A DNA stretch of 64,000 nucleotides. Source: Syntrophorhabdaceae bacterium. Lineage in GTDB: Bacteria > Desulfobacterota > Syntrophorhabdia > Syntrophorhabdales > Syntrophorhabdaceae. The first letter of the stretch is position 1. Each line of letters opens with the position of its first letter. The notes under the pieces are model-generated. The model made no database searches and was not told where the DNA came from. It worked only from the letters and a program-made list of their open reading frames with translations. This document shows positions 11,514 to 20,337 of this stretch, piece by piece. Made by a program: the position numbers and the translations under genes. The DNA lies in assembly GCA_963666485.2 (NCBI GenBank), contig CAXXUO010000001.1:1120001-1184000 (forward strand), given 5' to 3'.

Positions 11514-12278
11514 TCATCTCCCCGCTGCTGCCGCAGCGCCGTCATACCAGAGGCAGTCTGCCGGCTTCTCCGCCACGCATCCCGCGTGACGGGAAAAACC
11601 GGACTCCCTGACACTGTCTGTAAATGCCGCAGATCTGTGCCCGTCGAGTGATAGCGCTATTTTGCGCTGTTCACAGGTCCTGTGCGCCGCACACAAGACC
11701 TGGAGCCCCGCCACATCCGCCTCTGACAGGGACTCGACATTGAACATGACCGTTTGTGCACCGGACAGGATCTCTGTGAGGGCCCTGGCGATGGCCGCGG
11801 CCTTGTCGATCGTCAGGCTGCCGGTGAAATAGACGGTGCGCGTCCCGTTTGCACTCTCGACCCGCATGTCGTCTGCAAGCTGCTGCCGCTCCTCGATCAT
11901 TTTCTCCACCCTTAGCGTCTCGAACTTGTTCAATGAATCTTTCAGTATCCTGGCGGATACCGGTTTCTCGAAATACTCGCTGGCCCCGAGCGCATAGGCC
12001 TCCTGCATTGTTGAGGCGTTGCCGTGCCCCGTAATGATGATCACGTAGGCGGCCGGCGATCTCTTCCTGACAAGCTTTAAAACCTCGAAGCCGCCTTCCT
12101 TCATGGTGCCCGAGAGCCTTAAGTCCGTGATGACGCAAAAATAGTCTTTCTGATCGATGAATTCTTTTGCCTGATCGAGCGTTTCCGCTATATCGACCTT
12201 TGTTTCCTTGTTTTCCAGGGATTTCTTGAATCCCAGCAATATGTCGCTTTCATCATCAACAATGAGGATATTTTTCAT
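11514..12278 (-). CDS. Receiver domain fused to a STAS domain
   Basis: MKNILIVDDE, ITDLRL, FEKP receiver, followed in frame by a STAS-like region (GSLTIDKAAAI, DVAGLQVLCAAHR). Confidence 0.75.
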   Translation of the reverse strand: MKNILIVDDESDILLGFKKSLENKETKVDIAETLDQAKEFIDQKDYFCVITDLRLSGTMKEGGFEVLKLVRKRSPAAYVIIITGHGNASTMQEAYALGASEYFEKPVSARILKDSLNKFETLRVEKMIEERQQLADDMRVESANGTRTVYFTGSLTIDKAAAIARALTEILSGAQTVMFNVESLSEADVAGLQVLCAAHRTCEQRKIALSLDGHRSAAFTDSVRESGFSRHAGCVAEKPADCLWYDGAAAAAGR

Positions 12279-12358
12279 AGCCAGCCCCTTAATGGTCCGT
12301 GTGAACCTGAAGATCAATCATGGGAAACACCATCATCATGGTCGCGGACTAGAACAGG

Positions 12359-12374
12359 GCAAGAAATATGCCAG
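12359..12374 (-). promoter_or_regulatory. sigma54 (-24/-12) promoter of the chemosensory operon
   Basis: Minus strand CTGGCATATTTCTTGC has exact GG-N10-GC spacing, about 80 bp upstream of the REC-STAS start. Confidence 0.8.
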
Positions 12375-12437
12375 AGATTTTTGTCGTTGTAATATCTGGA
12401 TTTTATTTGATTAGTTTAATTCGGCGCACAGCTGATA

Positions 12438-12475
12438 TGTTTCAGGTGAAACAGAAATGTTTCACCTGTGAGACA
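12438..12475. promoter_or_regulatory. Tandem palindromic upstream activator sites (putative bEBP binding)
   Basis: TGTTTCAGGTGAAACA (12438-12453) and TGTTTCACCTGTGAGACA (12458-12475). The same arrangement recurs at 17957-17993. Confidence 0.65.
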
Positions 12476-12480
12476 AGAGG

Positions 12481-13773
12481 TCACTTCGGCTCTTTATTTT
12501 TTTTTCGATAGAGCGTTGCGCGGGAGATCCCGAGCGACCGGGCTGCCTTGGCCATGTTGCCGCCGCTTTGCCGTATGGCGTCGTCTATGAGCCGGTCTTC
12601 CTGGGGCGGGCTGTCCGATGCCTTGAACTGGGGTTCGATAAAGAAATGCTCCGCCCCGAGCAGCGATCCGCCGGAAAGAAGGACCGCCCGTTCGAGGACG
12701 TTCTTCATCTCCCTCATGTTGCCGGGCCAATGGTAGGCGCGCATCTCCTCCCGGACGCTTGCGGGCAGCTTCAGGTGCCCCATGTTCATCTGCCCGAGAA
12801 AATACCGGGTGATCGCGTCAATATCCTGGACCCGGGAGCGCAAGGGCGGAATGGCGATGGGGAACACAAATATCCGGTAATACAGGTCCTGCCGGAATGC
12901 GCCCTTTCTCGTCTCCTCGGCCAGGTCCTTGTTCGTTGCGCAGATGAGGCGGAAATTGCTCTGCCGTGTCCGTACGTCGCCCAACCGGCGGAATTGCTTC
13001 TCCTCGATCACCTTGAGAAGCTGGGCCTGTACCAAAAGGTCCATGTCGCCGATCTCGTCGAGGAAGAGGGTCCCCTTATCGGCATATTCTATGAGGCCCA
13101 CGCGGTCCTGGGATGCCGACGTAAATGCACCCTTCGTGTGTCCGAAAAGCTCACTCGCGAGAAGGTCCCCCCTTAGGCCCGAGCAATTGACCTCGACGAA
13201 GGGTGCCTGACTTCTCCGGCTTCCCTCGTGGATCCATCGTGCGAGGACACCTTTACCCGTCCCTGTCTCGCCGGAGATCATGAGGATCGAATCGTTGTCG
13301 CATGCAATAGCGGCGAGCCTCTCGACCTTGCTCATCTCCGGCCCTGTGCCGAAAAATGGCGTGCCTTTCTTTGCAAGGCGCTGGGCCACGTGATGGTCTC
13401 TTCTTAACGAACCGAACTCTATCGCTTTTTTGAGGGACACCTCGAGTTCGGCCATATCGACCGGTTTTGTCAGGAAGTGGTCCGCCCCCCTGCGCATTGC
13501 CTCGACGGCCGTAGGTATGTCTCCCAACCCCGTTATAACGATAAGCGCAATATCGGGCCTTTCGGAGCGCGCCTCGGCGATCCAGTCTATACCGTTGCCG
13601 TCGGGAAGATTGAGATCGAGCAGGATACCGTCAAATGTCCGGGAATTGAGAAGCTCCCTCGCCTCGCTCAAACTTGCCGCCACCTCCACGTCATAACCCG
13701 TCTTGCTCAGGTACCGGTTGAAGGCAAACTGAACGGCATCGTCATCGTCGACGACCAGGACGAGCGGTTTCAT
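12481..13773 (-). CDS. sigma54-dependent response regulator (NtrC family: REC-AAA+-Fis HTH)
   Basis: REC domain, Walker A GETGTGKG, SELFGHTKGAFTSA (GAFTGA variant), FLDEIG, WPGNMRE, HTH AARSLGISRATLYRK. Confidence 0.95.
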   Translation of the reverse strand: MKPLVLVVDDDDAVQFAFNRYLSKTGYDVEVAASLSEARELLNSRTFDGILLDLNLPDGNGIDWIAEARSERPDIALIVITGLGDIPTAVEAMRRGADHFLTKPVDMAELEVSLKKAIEFGSLRRDHHVAQRLAKKGTPFFGTGPEMSKVERLAAIACDNDSILMISGETGTGKGVLARWIHEGSRRSQAPFVEVNCSGLRGDLLASELFGHTKGAFTSASQDRVGLIEYADKGTLFLDEIGDMDLLVQAQLLKVIEEKQFRRLGDVRTRQSNFRLICATNKDLAEETRKGAFRQDLYYRIFVFPIAIPPLRSRVQDIDAITRYFLGQMNMGHLKLPASVREEMRAYHWPGNMREMKNVLERAVLLSGGSLLGAEHFFIEPQFKASDSPPQEDRLIDDAIRQSGGNMAKAARSLGISRATLYRKKNKEPK

Positions 13774-15248
13774 AATGAACCTCCCCTGTAGGCGGGAAGA
13801 CCGATCTCAACGGTGCATCCGGGCCCCGGGTCATTGTTGCGCACCGAAACGTTCCCTCCCATTGATTCCACGAAATGCTTAACAATGCTCAGGCCAAGCC
13901 CTGTTCCTCCCCGGCGCGTCGTAAAAAATGGTTCGAATATCTTGTCGAGGTTCTGCTGCGCGATGCCCGTTCCCGTGTCGTGGAAGGATATGGCCAGATG
14001 GCCGTCCTGCCGTTCATTGAGCGCGATCCTGATGTCGCTGCCCTTTTCGCTGTGATGGACGGCATTGTCGAGGAGGTTGATGAATACCTGCTGCAGGCGG
14101 GCGCTGTCCGCCATGACAAGCTTGTCTGTGATGGCCGGTGAGGATTCAAGCTGCACCGTGTAATTATGCGATACGTCTGTCTCATTCCACAGGTTGATGG
14201 TGCTCCTGCAGATATTTTCGATCGATTCCGGCTGGATGCTCGCTGACTGGAGGGGTTTACCGAGGTCGAGCAGGTCTTTCATGAGGCGTGAGAGCCTGTT
14301 GACCTGGCTTTTGATATGAACAAGGTAGGGGCCGTATTCCGTGTCCTCGCCGATATCCTGAAATAGCGCCTCCGTTATTGCGAGTATGGCGTTGAGCGGA
14401 TTGCGCACTTCGTGCGCCACGTTGGCGGCGATCTGCCCGAAAACCTTCATCTCGCGTGCGTATTCCAGTTGTTTTTCCATTTCCTGCCGGTCCGTCACGT
14501 CCCTGAAGACAACGACAGCACCGGACGCTTTTCCTGTTTCATCTTTGATTTGGTCTATATTGCCCTCGATCGATATCAGGTGGCCATCGCATGCTTCGAG
14601 AACGCTGCCTTCGGGGAATACCGAAAAGCCTCCGTCGCCGGCATCACCCCCCGGGACCTCGAGGGGCTCCCCGCCGTCACCGGCAAGGATGCGAAAGGCC
14701 TGCGACACGGGGATTCCCTTGGCCTCTTCGAACTTCCATCCCGTCAATTGTTCGGCAATGGTGTTCATGAGAACGACCTTTCCGTCGATATCAGAGGCGA
14801 TGACCCCGTCGCCGATGCTGTTCAATGTGGTTGCCAGCCATCTTTCATTCTCCTTTAGCCTTTTCACGATCGCGTGCTTGTACAGGGCCATTTCCACAGT
14901 GGAATGCAGTTCGCGAATATTGAATGGTTTGAGGAGATAGCCAAAGGGCTCGGTCACCTTCGCCCTCTCCAGGGTCTTTTGATCAGCGTACGCCGTAAGG
15001 TATACAATCGGGACATCCATTTCGTCCTTCACGATCATCGCGGATTCGATCCCGTCGATGTGACCCTTCAGCCTGATATCCATGAGAATGAGATCAGGAA
15101 TTTCACGCCTCGCGGTCTCGATCGCTGCCCGGCCTGACACGGCAGTCCATACCGGCCCGTAGCCGAGGGTCTGCAGCATCTTCTGGATGTCCCTGGCAAC
15201 GATAACCTCATCTTCGACGATCAGAATCTTTACCTGTTTCTCGATCAC
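13770..15248 (-). CDS. Hybrid histidine kinase (REC-PAS-HisKA-HATPase)
   Basis: IVEDE receiver, PAS (SIGDGVIASD, AEQLTGW), H-box VAHEVRNPLNAI, NLLDNA, DTGTG, GTGLGL. Confidence 0.9.
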   Translation of the reverse strand: MIEKQVKILIVEDEVIVARDIQKMLQTLGYGPVWTAVSGRAAIETARREIPDLILMDIRLKGHIDGIESAMIVKDEMDVPIVYLTAYADQKTLERAKVTEPFGYLLKPFNIRELHSTVEMALYKHAIVKRLKENERWLATTLNSIGDGVIASDIDGKVVLMNTIAEQLTGWKFEEAKGIPVSQAFRILAGDGGEPLEVPGGDAGDGGFSVFPEGSVLEACDGHLISIEGNIDQIKDETGKASGAVVVFRDVTDRQEMEKQLEYAREMKVFGQIAANVAHEVRNPLNAILAITEALFQDIGEDTEYGPYLVHIKSQVNRLSRLMKDLLDLGKPLQSASIQPESIENICRSTINLWNETDVSHNYTVQLESSPAITDKLVMADSARLQQVFINLLDNAVHHSEKGSDIRIALNERQDGHLAISFHDTGTGIAQQNLDKIFEPFFTTRRGGTGLGLSIVKHFVESMGGNVSVRNNDPGPGCTVEIGLPAYRGGSL

Positions 15249-15269
15249 TTTAAGCCACCTTAAGGGTAC

Positions 15270-17366
15270 TTACATATTTACTTTAAATGTGATAACGAAC
15301 TCGGTCCCCGGGTCCTTTTTCAGTTCGATCGAGCCTTCAAGCTGATCGACAAGGATCAGCACGAGCTGAAGGCCCATTGAGGCATATTCCTCGAACCTGT
15401 CAGCCGGGCCGGCGAACCCTATCCCATTGTCTTTCACGGACAATATGCACGCATCGCCATCCCGCGTGAACCGTATCGAGATCAAACCTTCGTGTCCCGA
15501 CGGGAAGGCGTGTTTTATCGCGTTGGACACAAGCTCGTTTATGATGAGCCCGCAGGGGATTATGGCATCCAGCGTAAGTTCGATATCCGACGCCGAATGC
15601 TCGATCCTGAGTCGGGAATTATCGACGCCGTAGCTCACGCACAGGTCCCCGACCAGGCTCGCTATATAGCCGGCGATATTGATCTCCGCCAGGTTCTTCG
15701 ATTGATACAGCTTGTCGTGTATAAGGGACATGGACCGGATGCGATTCTGGCTTTCCCGGAATATCTCGTGTACCTTTTCGTCCTCGATGTGCGCTGCCTG
15801 GAGGCTGTACATGCTGGATATCACCTGGAGGTTGTTCTTTACCCGATGGTGTATCTCCCTGAGCAGCACCTCTTTCTCCCTCAGGGCCGCCATGATCTGC
15901 GATTCGGCGAGCCTTCTCTCCGTGATATCGTAAATGACCATGATGGCGCAGTTCCTTTTGTCCACAATGAACGGGCTTACGCTGAAGATGGACCAGGTTT
16001 TGCGTATCCCGCCTTTACTGTCGTCATATATCATCGCCTCTTTATCACGGACGGGATTCGCCCTGACGAGGGCCTCTTTGATGGCGGAAAAAAAAGGACA
16101 GGTGGGGCATTCAGGGGAATTGCCGCACCCGGCAGGATCTTGAAGCCGGTTAGGGCACGCGATGATATCCCCGAACCGCTTGCGGTTAAGGTCGAATATC
16201 GATCTCCCGAAAAGGTTCTCGGCAGCGGGATTTGCAAAGATGACCTGCTCCCGGTCGTCGATCACAAGCATGGCGACAGGCGTCGAGATGAGCATCGAGC
16301 TTAAGTTGTCCCGTTCCTGCTCAACGGCCCTTGCCAGCATTTCAGCCCTTTCCTCCGATAATTTCCGCTTGGTGATGTCGGTGAAGACCGTTATGGAGCC
16401 GGCGAACGCCCCATCGTGATCGATGAGGCTTTTCGAGGATATGATGCACCACACGACAGGGCCGTCCCGGTGGCGCATCTTCGCTTCATATATCTCGGAC
16501 CTTCCCATTCTGCGCTCTCTCAACTTGTTTGAGAGACCGGGAATATCATCCGGGAAGACGAAGATCTCAGGCGTTCTCCCGATCATTTCTTCTGGAGAAT
16601 AGCCGGTCAGCTGCGTCATCGCGGGATTGACAAAGGTTATCACATGGTCCCGGTCAAGCTGCACTATGCCTTCAAGCGTGGTCTCGAAGAGTGTCCGGTA
16701 GAGCGCTTCGCTTTTGCGCAGCTGATCTTCAGAGATCTCAAGCTTTTCCTTCGCCTGCCTCTGTGCTATGCCTATCACCATCGCGTCCGTGATCCGTTCG
16801 AGAAATTCGATGATGTCCGGTGAAAAAAAATCCCGGGCGTGATTGTTTACCTGGACAAGGCCGAAGGGGACGCCGCCGAGCCGCAGGGGGAAAAGGCCCA
16901 CGGATTCATAGCCCATGCTGTTGCACCGGTTCCGCGTCCTGGTCTGCCGGTCTTCGTCGCTCGTCGATGCAAGCAGCTCGGTCGTGCAATTGGAGACGAA
17001 GCTGCCGTATGGCGTAAAGAAAGGCAGGGAAGGGTCGACGCGGCCGAGGATGATATTTCCGCACATGCATTCGATATACGCATTTCCGTCACTGTCGCGC
17101 AGCAGGGCGCCCGTGTCGTCGCGGGCGCACAGGGAGGTCTCGAGAAGGAGGAAATCCTGGGGGAACCCGTGCGATACATAATACGGGAAATCCTCGCCGT
17201 CCTTAAGGCGGATCCCCATCGCGTCGCAGGCGAGCCAGCCTTTGAGGAACTCACAGATTTTCCTGATGAGATCGGGCATGCCGTCGTCCTTGTTAAGGAA
17301 GGACATAACGGTGATCGTGGCTCTCTGGATGTCCTCGAGCCGGGTCGTTGCGCTGCGGTCACTCAT
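15270..17366 (-). CDS. Cytoplasmic sensor kinase (GAF-PAS-PAS-HisKA_2)
   Basis: H-box EIHHRVKNNLQ (HisKA_2 type), NELVSNAIKHAF, DNGIG. N-terminal GAF and two PAS-like segments with Cys clusters. Confidence 0.9.
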   Translation of the reverse strand: MSDRSATTRLEDIQRATITVMSFLNKDDGMPDLIRKICEFLKGWLACDAMGIRLKDGEDFPYYVSHGFPQDFLLLETSLCARDDTGALLRDSDGNAYIECMCGNIILGRVDPSLPFFTPYGSFVSNCTTELLASTSDEDRQTRTRNRCNSMGYESVGLFPLRLGGVPFGLVQVNNHARDFFSPDIIEFLERITDAMVIGIAQRQAKEKLEISEDQLRKSEALYRTLFETTLEGIVQLDRDHVITFVNPAMTQLTGYSPEEMIGRTPEIFVFPDDIPGLSNKLRERRMGRSEIYEAKMRHRDGPVVWCIISSKSLIDHDGAFAGSITVFTDITKRKLSEERAEMLARAVEQERDNLSSMLISTPVAMLVIDDREQVIFANPAAENLFGRSIFDLNRKRFGDIIACPNRLQDPAGCGNSPECPTCPFFSAIKEALVRANPVRDKEAMIYDDSKGGIRKTWSIFSVSPFIVDKRNCAIMVIYDITERRLAESQIMAALREKEVLLREIHHRVKNNLQVISSMYSLQAAHIEDEKVHEIFRESQNRIRSMSLIHDKLYQSKNLAEINIAGYIASLVGDLCVSYGVDNSRLRIEHSASDIELTLDAIIPCGLIINELVSNAIKHAFPSGHEGLISIRFTRDGDACILSVKDNGIGFAGPADRFEEYASMGLQLVLILVDQLEGSIELKKDPGTEFVITFKVNM

Positions 17367-17875
17367 GGCGCGTCACCTGCCCGGGGCGGCGCGGTATGGT
17401 TTCCCTTGGATGGCAGGCTGGCAGGACCAAATTTGAAATGATTTTTACCGAGGGTACTCCCTCTTTTGCCGTAATGCATAGACTACCCTGATGACACCCC
17501 ATACCCTGTTATTGAGATCGTGTAACCAATTATTATAATATTTCGGCATCAAAGACAATCCCTTAATTTCGAATCAGCCGGGGGATTGCCAGGGTCTCGT
17601 CCGAGAGACGTCACCTTATGTTTTGCATGCCAGGCCCTGAAAAAGATGCCCGGCATTTTTAGGGGAGGACGAAGCCCTTCTGCGAAAATTATAGAGCGAT
17701 GGGGGGTTGCAGAAGCTTGAGCTTCTCCTGCTTTTTTCTTCACCAGGAATATGTGTAAGAGAGCCGATATTATCCTGCGAAGATATTTTCAGAAGGGCTT
17801 CGTCGTGAGGGGCTAAGCTAAACATTTATTCGCTTCATCCATTTTCTTCGTTTTTTTGGTACGTAAATATATAGA

Positions 17876-17891
17876 GCAAGATCCATGCCAG
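17876..17891 (-). promoter_or_regulatory. sigma54 (-24/-12) promoter upstream of the kinase/activator operon
   Basis: Minus strand CTGGCATGGATCTTGC, exact GG-N10-GC. Confidence 0.8.
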
Positions 17892-17956
17892 TGTGCACTT
17901 ATCAGACAATAGCTTGATTTATTTGGGTATTTTAAATACCGGACACGACGGGTTTG

Positions 17957-17993
17957 TGTATCACATGATACATAAATGTCATATCATGAGACA
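17957..17993. promoter_or_regulatory. Tandem palindromic upstream activator sites (putative bEBP binding)
   Basis: TGTATCACATGATACA (17957-17972) and TGTCATATCATGAGACA (17977-17993), with the same 20-bp start-to-start spacing as at 12438/12458. Confidence 0.65.
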
Positions 17994-18020
17994 GTAAGAA
18001 CGCCTAAATTTGACGATATC

Positions 18021-18869
18021 CTATTTTCCGACCAGTGCCTTGATCTTCGGCATGGCCCGTTCAGCCGCTTTTATGCCCTCTTCCATCAATGCCTTTTTCT
18101 GGGTGAAATCGAACATGGTTATTCCCTTCGTATCGGGCTCGAGTATGACGTCGGCGTAGGCCAGTTTGCTCTTCGAGTTGACATGCATCATGATGGCTAT
18201 GGATTGGGCGATGACGTCGATGACCGAATTTATATCCGTGTCGCGGACATCCTTCTGGAGATTGACCGCAATGATGACGTCGGCGCCTTTCGCACGAGCT
18301 ACCTCACACGCGATGTTGTTTGTCACCCCGCCGTCGACGAGCGTCCTGTTGCCGAACCTGACCGGGACAAATATGCCGGGGATTGCCGATGAAGCATGGA
18401 TGGCCCTCGCCAGCGAACCTTTTTCCAGGGTGACAGTCTCGCCCGTGTTCAGGTCGGTTGCGACAGGGTAAAAAGGTATCTTTGTCGCTTCAACCGTTTT
18501 GACCTTTGCATTCTGTTCCACAAAGGACTCGAGTTTTGCCCCCTGTACCGGGCCCATCTTTGACGATGCGACGGAATAATCGAGTATGTCGCCCCGGTTG
18601 ATCTTGAATGCGGCCCATTCAAGCTGGAAGCTGTCGGGGTTTGCCGCGTAGAGGCCGCCGATAAGGCTGCCGACACTTGTCCCGACTATCATGTGGATCG
18701 GTATCTTTTCCTTTTCCAGGGCCCGGATGACGCCGACATGCGCAAAGCCCTTGGCCGACCCGCCTCCGAGCACGAGGGCCACTTTCGGCTCGGTCTTCTT
18801 AGGCGGGGGCATTGTCCCGCACGAACATGCGATCAGAAGAACGAGAAAACAGAGTACAAATTTCTTAAT
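18021..18869 (-). CDS. Patatin-like phospholipase, probable lipoprotein
   Basis: GGGSAKG, GTSVG (GxSxG), DGG. The frame extends upstream of ATG 18812 into IKKFVLCFLVLLIACSC, starting at an ATT codon (start uncertain). Confidence 0.85.
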   Translation of the reverse strand: MKKFVLCFLVLLIACSCGTMPPPKKTEPKVALVLGGGSAKGFAHVGVIRALEKEKIPIHMIVGTSVGSLIGGLYAANPDSFQLEWAAFKINRGDILDYSVASSKMGPVQGAKLESFVEQNAKVKTVEATKIPFYPVATDLNTGETVTLEKGSLARAIHASSAIPGIFVPVRFGNRTLVDGGVTNNIACEVARAKGADVIIAVNLQKDVRDTDINSVIDVIAQSIAIMMHVNSKSKLAYADVILEPDTKGITMFDFTQKKALMEEGIKAAERAMPKIKALVGK

Positions 18870-19509
18870 AGCCGCCTCTCTTTCCGACGAACGGGTTGTA
18901 TATCTTTTCCCTGCCTATCGTGCTGCGCGTGGAATCCCCGTAATTATGCCCCGGCGCGACGACCGTATCATCCGGCAGGGCGAACAGCTTCTTCTGGACC
19001 GATGCAAGCAGCGTCTCCCATGACCCGCCGTCGAGGTCCGTCCTGCCGACGCTCCCGACAAAAAGCGTATCGCCTGTGAACACCATTCCTGTGTGGTAGA
19101 GGGATATACTCCCCGGCGAGTGGCCCGGCGTGTGGATGACGGCAAGCGAGGTGTTGCCTACCGCTATGACGTCCCCGTCCCGGACTGTCCTGTCAGCCGG
19201 CGGTGAAGGCTCGCCCCCGAACATCTGGAAGGAATGGGCGGACTGATGGACGAGTGCATTCGCCTCGGTCTCGTGAATGATGATCTCGGCACCGGTCAAG
19301 TCCTTCATCTTCCGGTTACCCATGATGTGGTCGATATGGCAATGCGTGTTGACAATATACTTGATCGTGTATCCCCGCGATACGGCCTCGTCGTAGATGC
19401 GTTTGCAATCCGCCGCCGGGTCGATGACGAGGGCTTCGTTGGTCTCCTTGCAGGCCACGATATAGGCAAAAATGGCAAAGCCGCCTACTTCCATTTGCTT
19501 GACGAACAT
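18865..19509 (-). CDS. MBL-fold hydrolase (glyoxalase II-like)
   Basis: THCHIDH, HTPGHSPG, FTGDTLF, PGH. RBS GGAGG before ATG 19509. Confidence 0.9.
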   Translation of the reverse strand: MFVKQMEVGGFAIFAYIVACKETNEALVIDPAADCKRIYDEAVSRGYTIKYIVNTHCHIDHIMGNRKMKDLTGAEIIIHETEANALVHQSAHSFQMFGGEPSPPADRTVRDGDVIAVGNTSLAVIHTPGHSPGSISLYHTGMVFTGDTLFVGSVGRTDLDGGSWETLLASVQKKLFALPDDTVVAPGHNYGDSTRSTIGREKIYNPFVGKRGGY

Positions 19510-19616
19510 GTAGGTCCTCCTTAAGATCGGCTCTAAATTTAATACTTTTTGGTGCCGTTTTTCAAATTTTTTGGTAAGATTGAGCGTTAACGAACCGGGG
19601 GACACCAGGAGGAAAA

Positions 19617-20324
19617 ATGAGGCCAGTCTTCATCGAGGCGCGGGACCTGCCCGACGCGTGGTTCCAGTGCATCTACCGTATATTTGAGAATGAAGGGGTG
19701 CATGAATATGTCATCGACAGAGGCTCGTTCGAGGGCAACAAGCGCCGCGAGTTCGACCTCGCCATGGTCCACATAAAATACCCGGGGACCATACCGATCA
19801 TCCCCGATATCCCCGCTGAGCTCGGCGTTCCTGCCCCGACATCGATGGACTACGTCGAGGAATACCTCCAGTACCTCATGACGGACAAAAAAGCCCCGAA
19901 CGAACTGTACACGTACGGGGAGAGGCTCACGAACCCGAAGGTGATCATCGACGGCAGGGAATATGCCTGCGGGGTGAATCCCGTCGAAGAGGTCATCGAC
20001 ATTTACAGGAAGGGCAATTTCGGGACGAACCAGGCGATCATGGAGATCGGCATGCCCTCCGATATAACGATAGAAGACCCGCCATGCCTGAGGCTCATCG
20101 ACACGCGCGTGACCGACGGAAAGCTGCATTTCGTCCTGTATTTCCGGAGCTGGGACCTGTGGGCGGGCTTTCCTTCAAATCTCGCGGCGATCCAGCTCCT
20201 CAAGGAATACATGTGCCAGGAGATCGGCATAGAGGACGGAACGATCACCGCCGTGAGCAAAGGCCTCCATCTCTATGAATATACTTTCGGCTTTGCCCTG
20301 CAGCGGCTCCGCAGGGACGCCTGA
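19617..20324 (+). CDS. thyA: Thymidylate synthase family protein, compact type
   Basis: YTYGERL, catalytic PPCL, FRSWD, GFPSN, LHLYE. RBS AGGAGG. Confidence 0.75.
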   Translation: MRPVFIEARDLPDAWFQCIYRIFENEGVHEYVIDRGSFEGNKRREFDLAMVHIKYPGTIPIIPDIPAELGVPAPTSMDYVEEYLQYLMTDKKAPNELYTYGERLTNPKVIIDGREYACGVNPVEEVIDIYRKGNFGTNQAIMEIGMPSDITIEDPPCLRLIDTRVTDGKLHFVLYFRSWDLWAGFPSNLAAIQLLKEYMCQEIGIEDGTITAVSKGLHLYEYTFGFALQRLRRDA

Positions 20325-20337
20325 CGATCACCGGCGG

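Noticed and set aside
17549..17825. Short ORFs (64 and 69 aa) in the sigma54 leader, and a SAM-riboswitch-like fragment GAGACCCTGGCAATC
   Set aside because: The ORFs lack an RBS and protein-like features. The other conserved SAM-I elements are missing.
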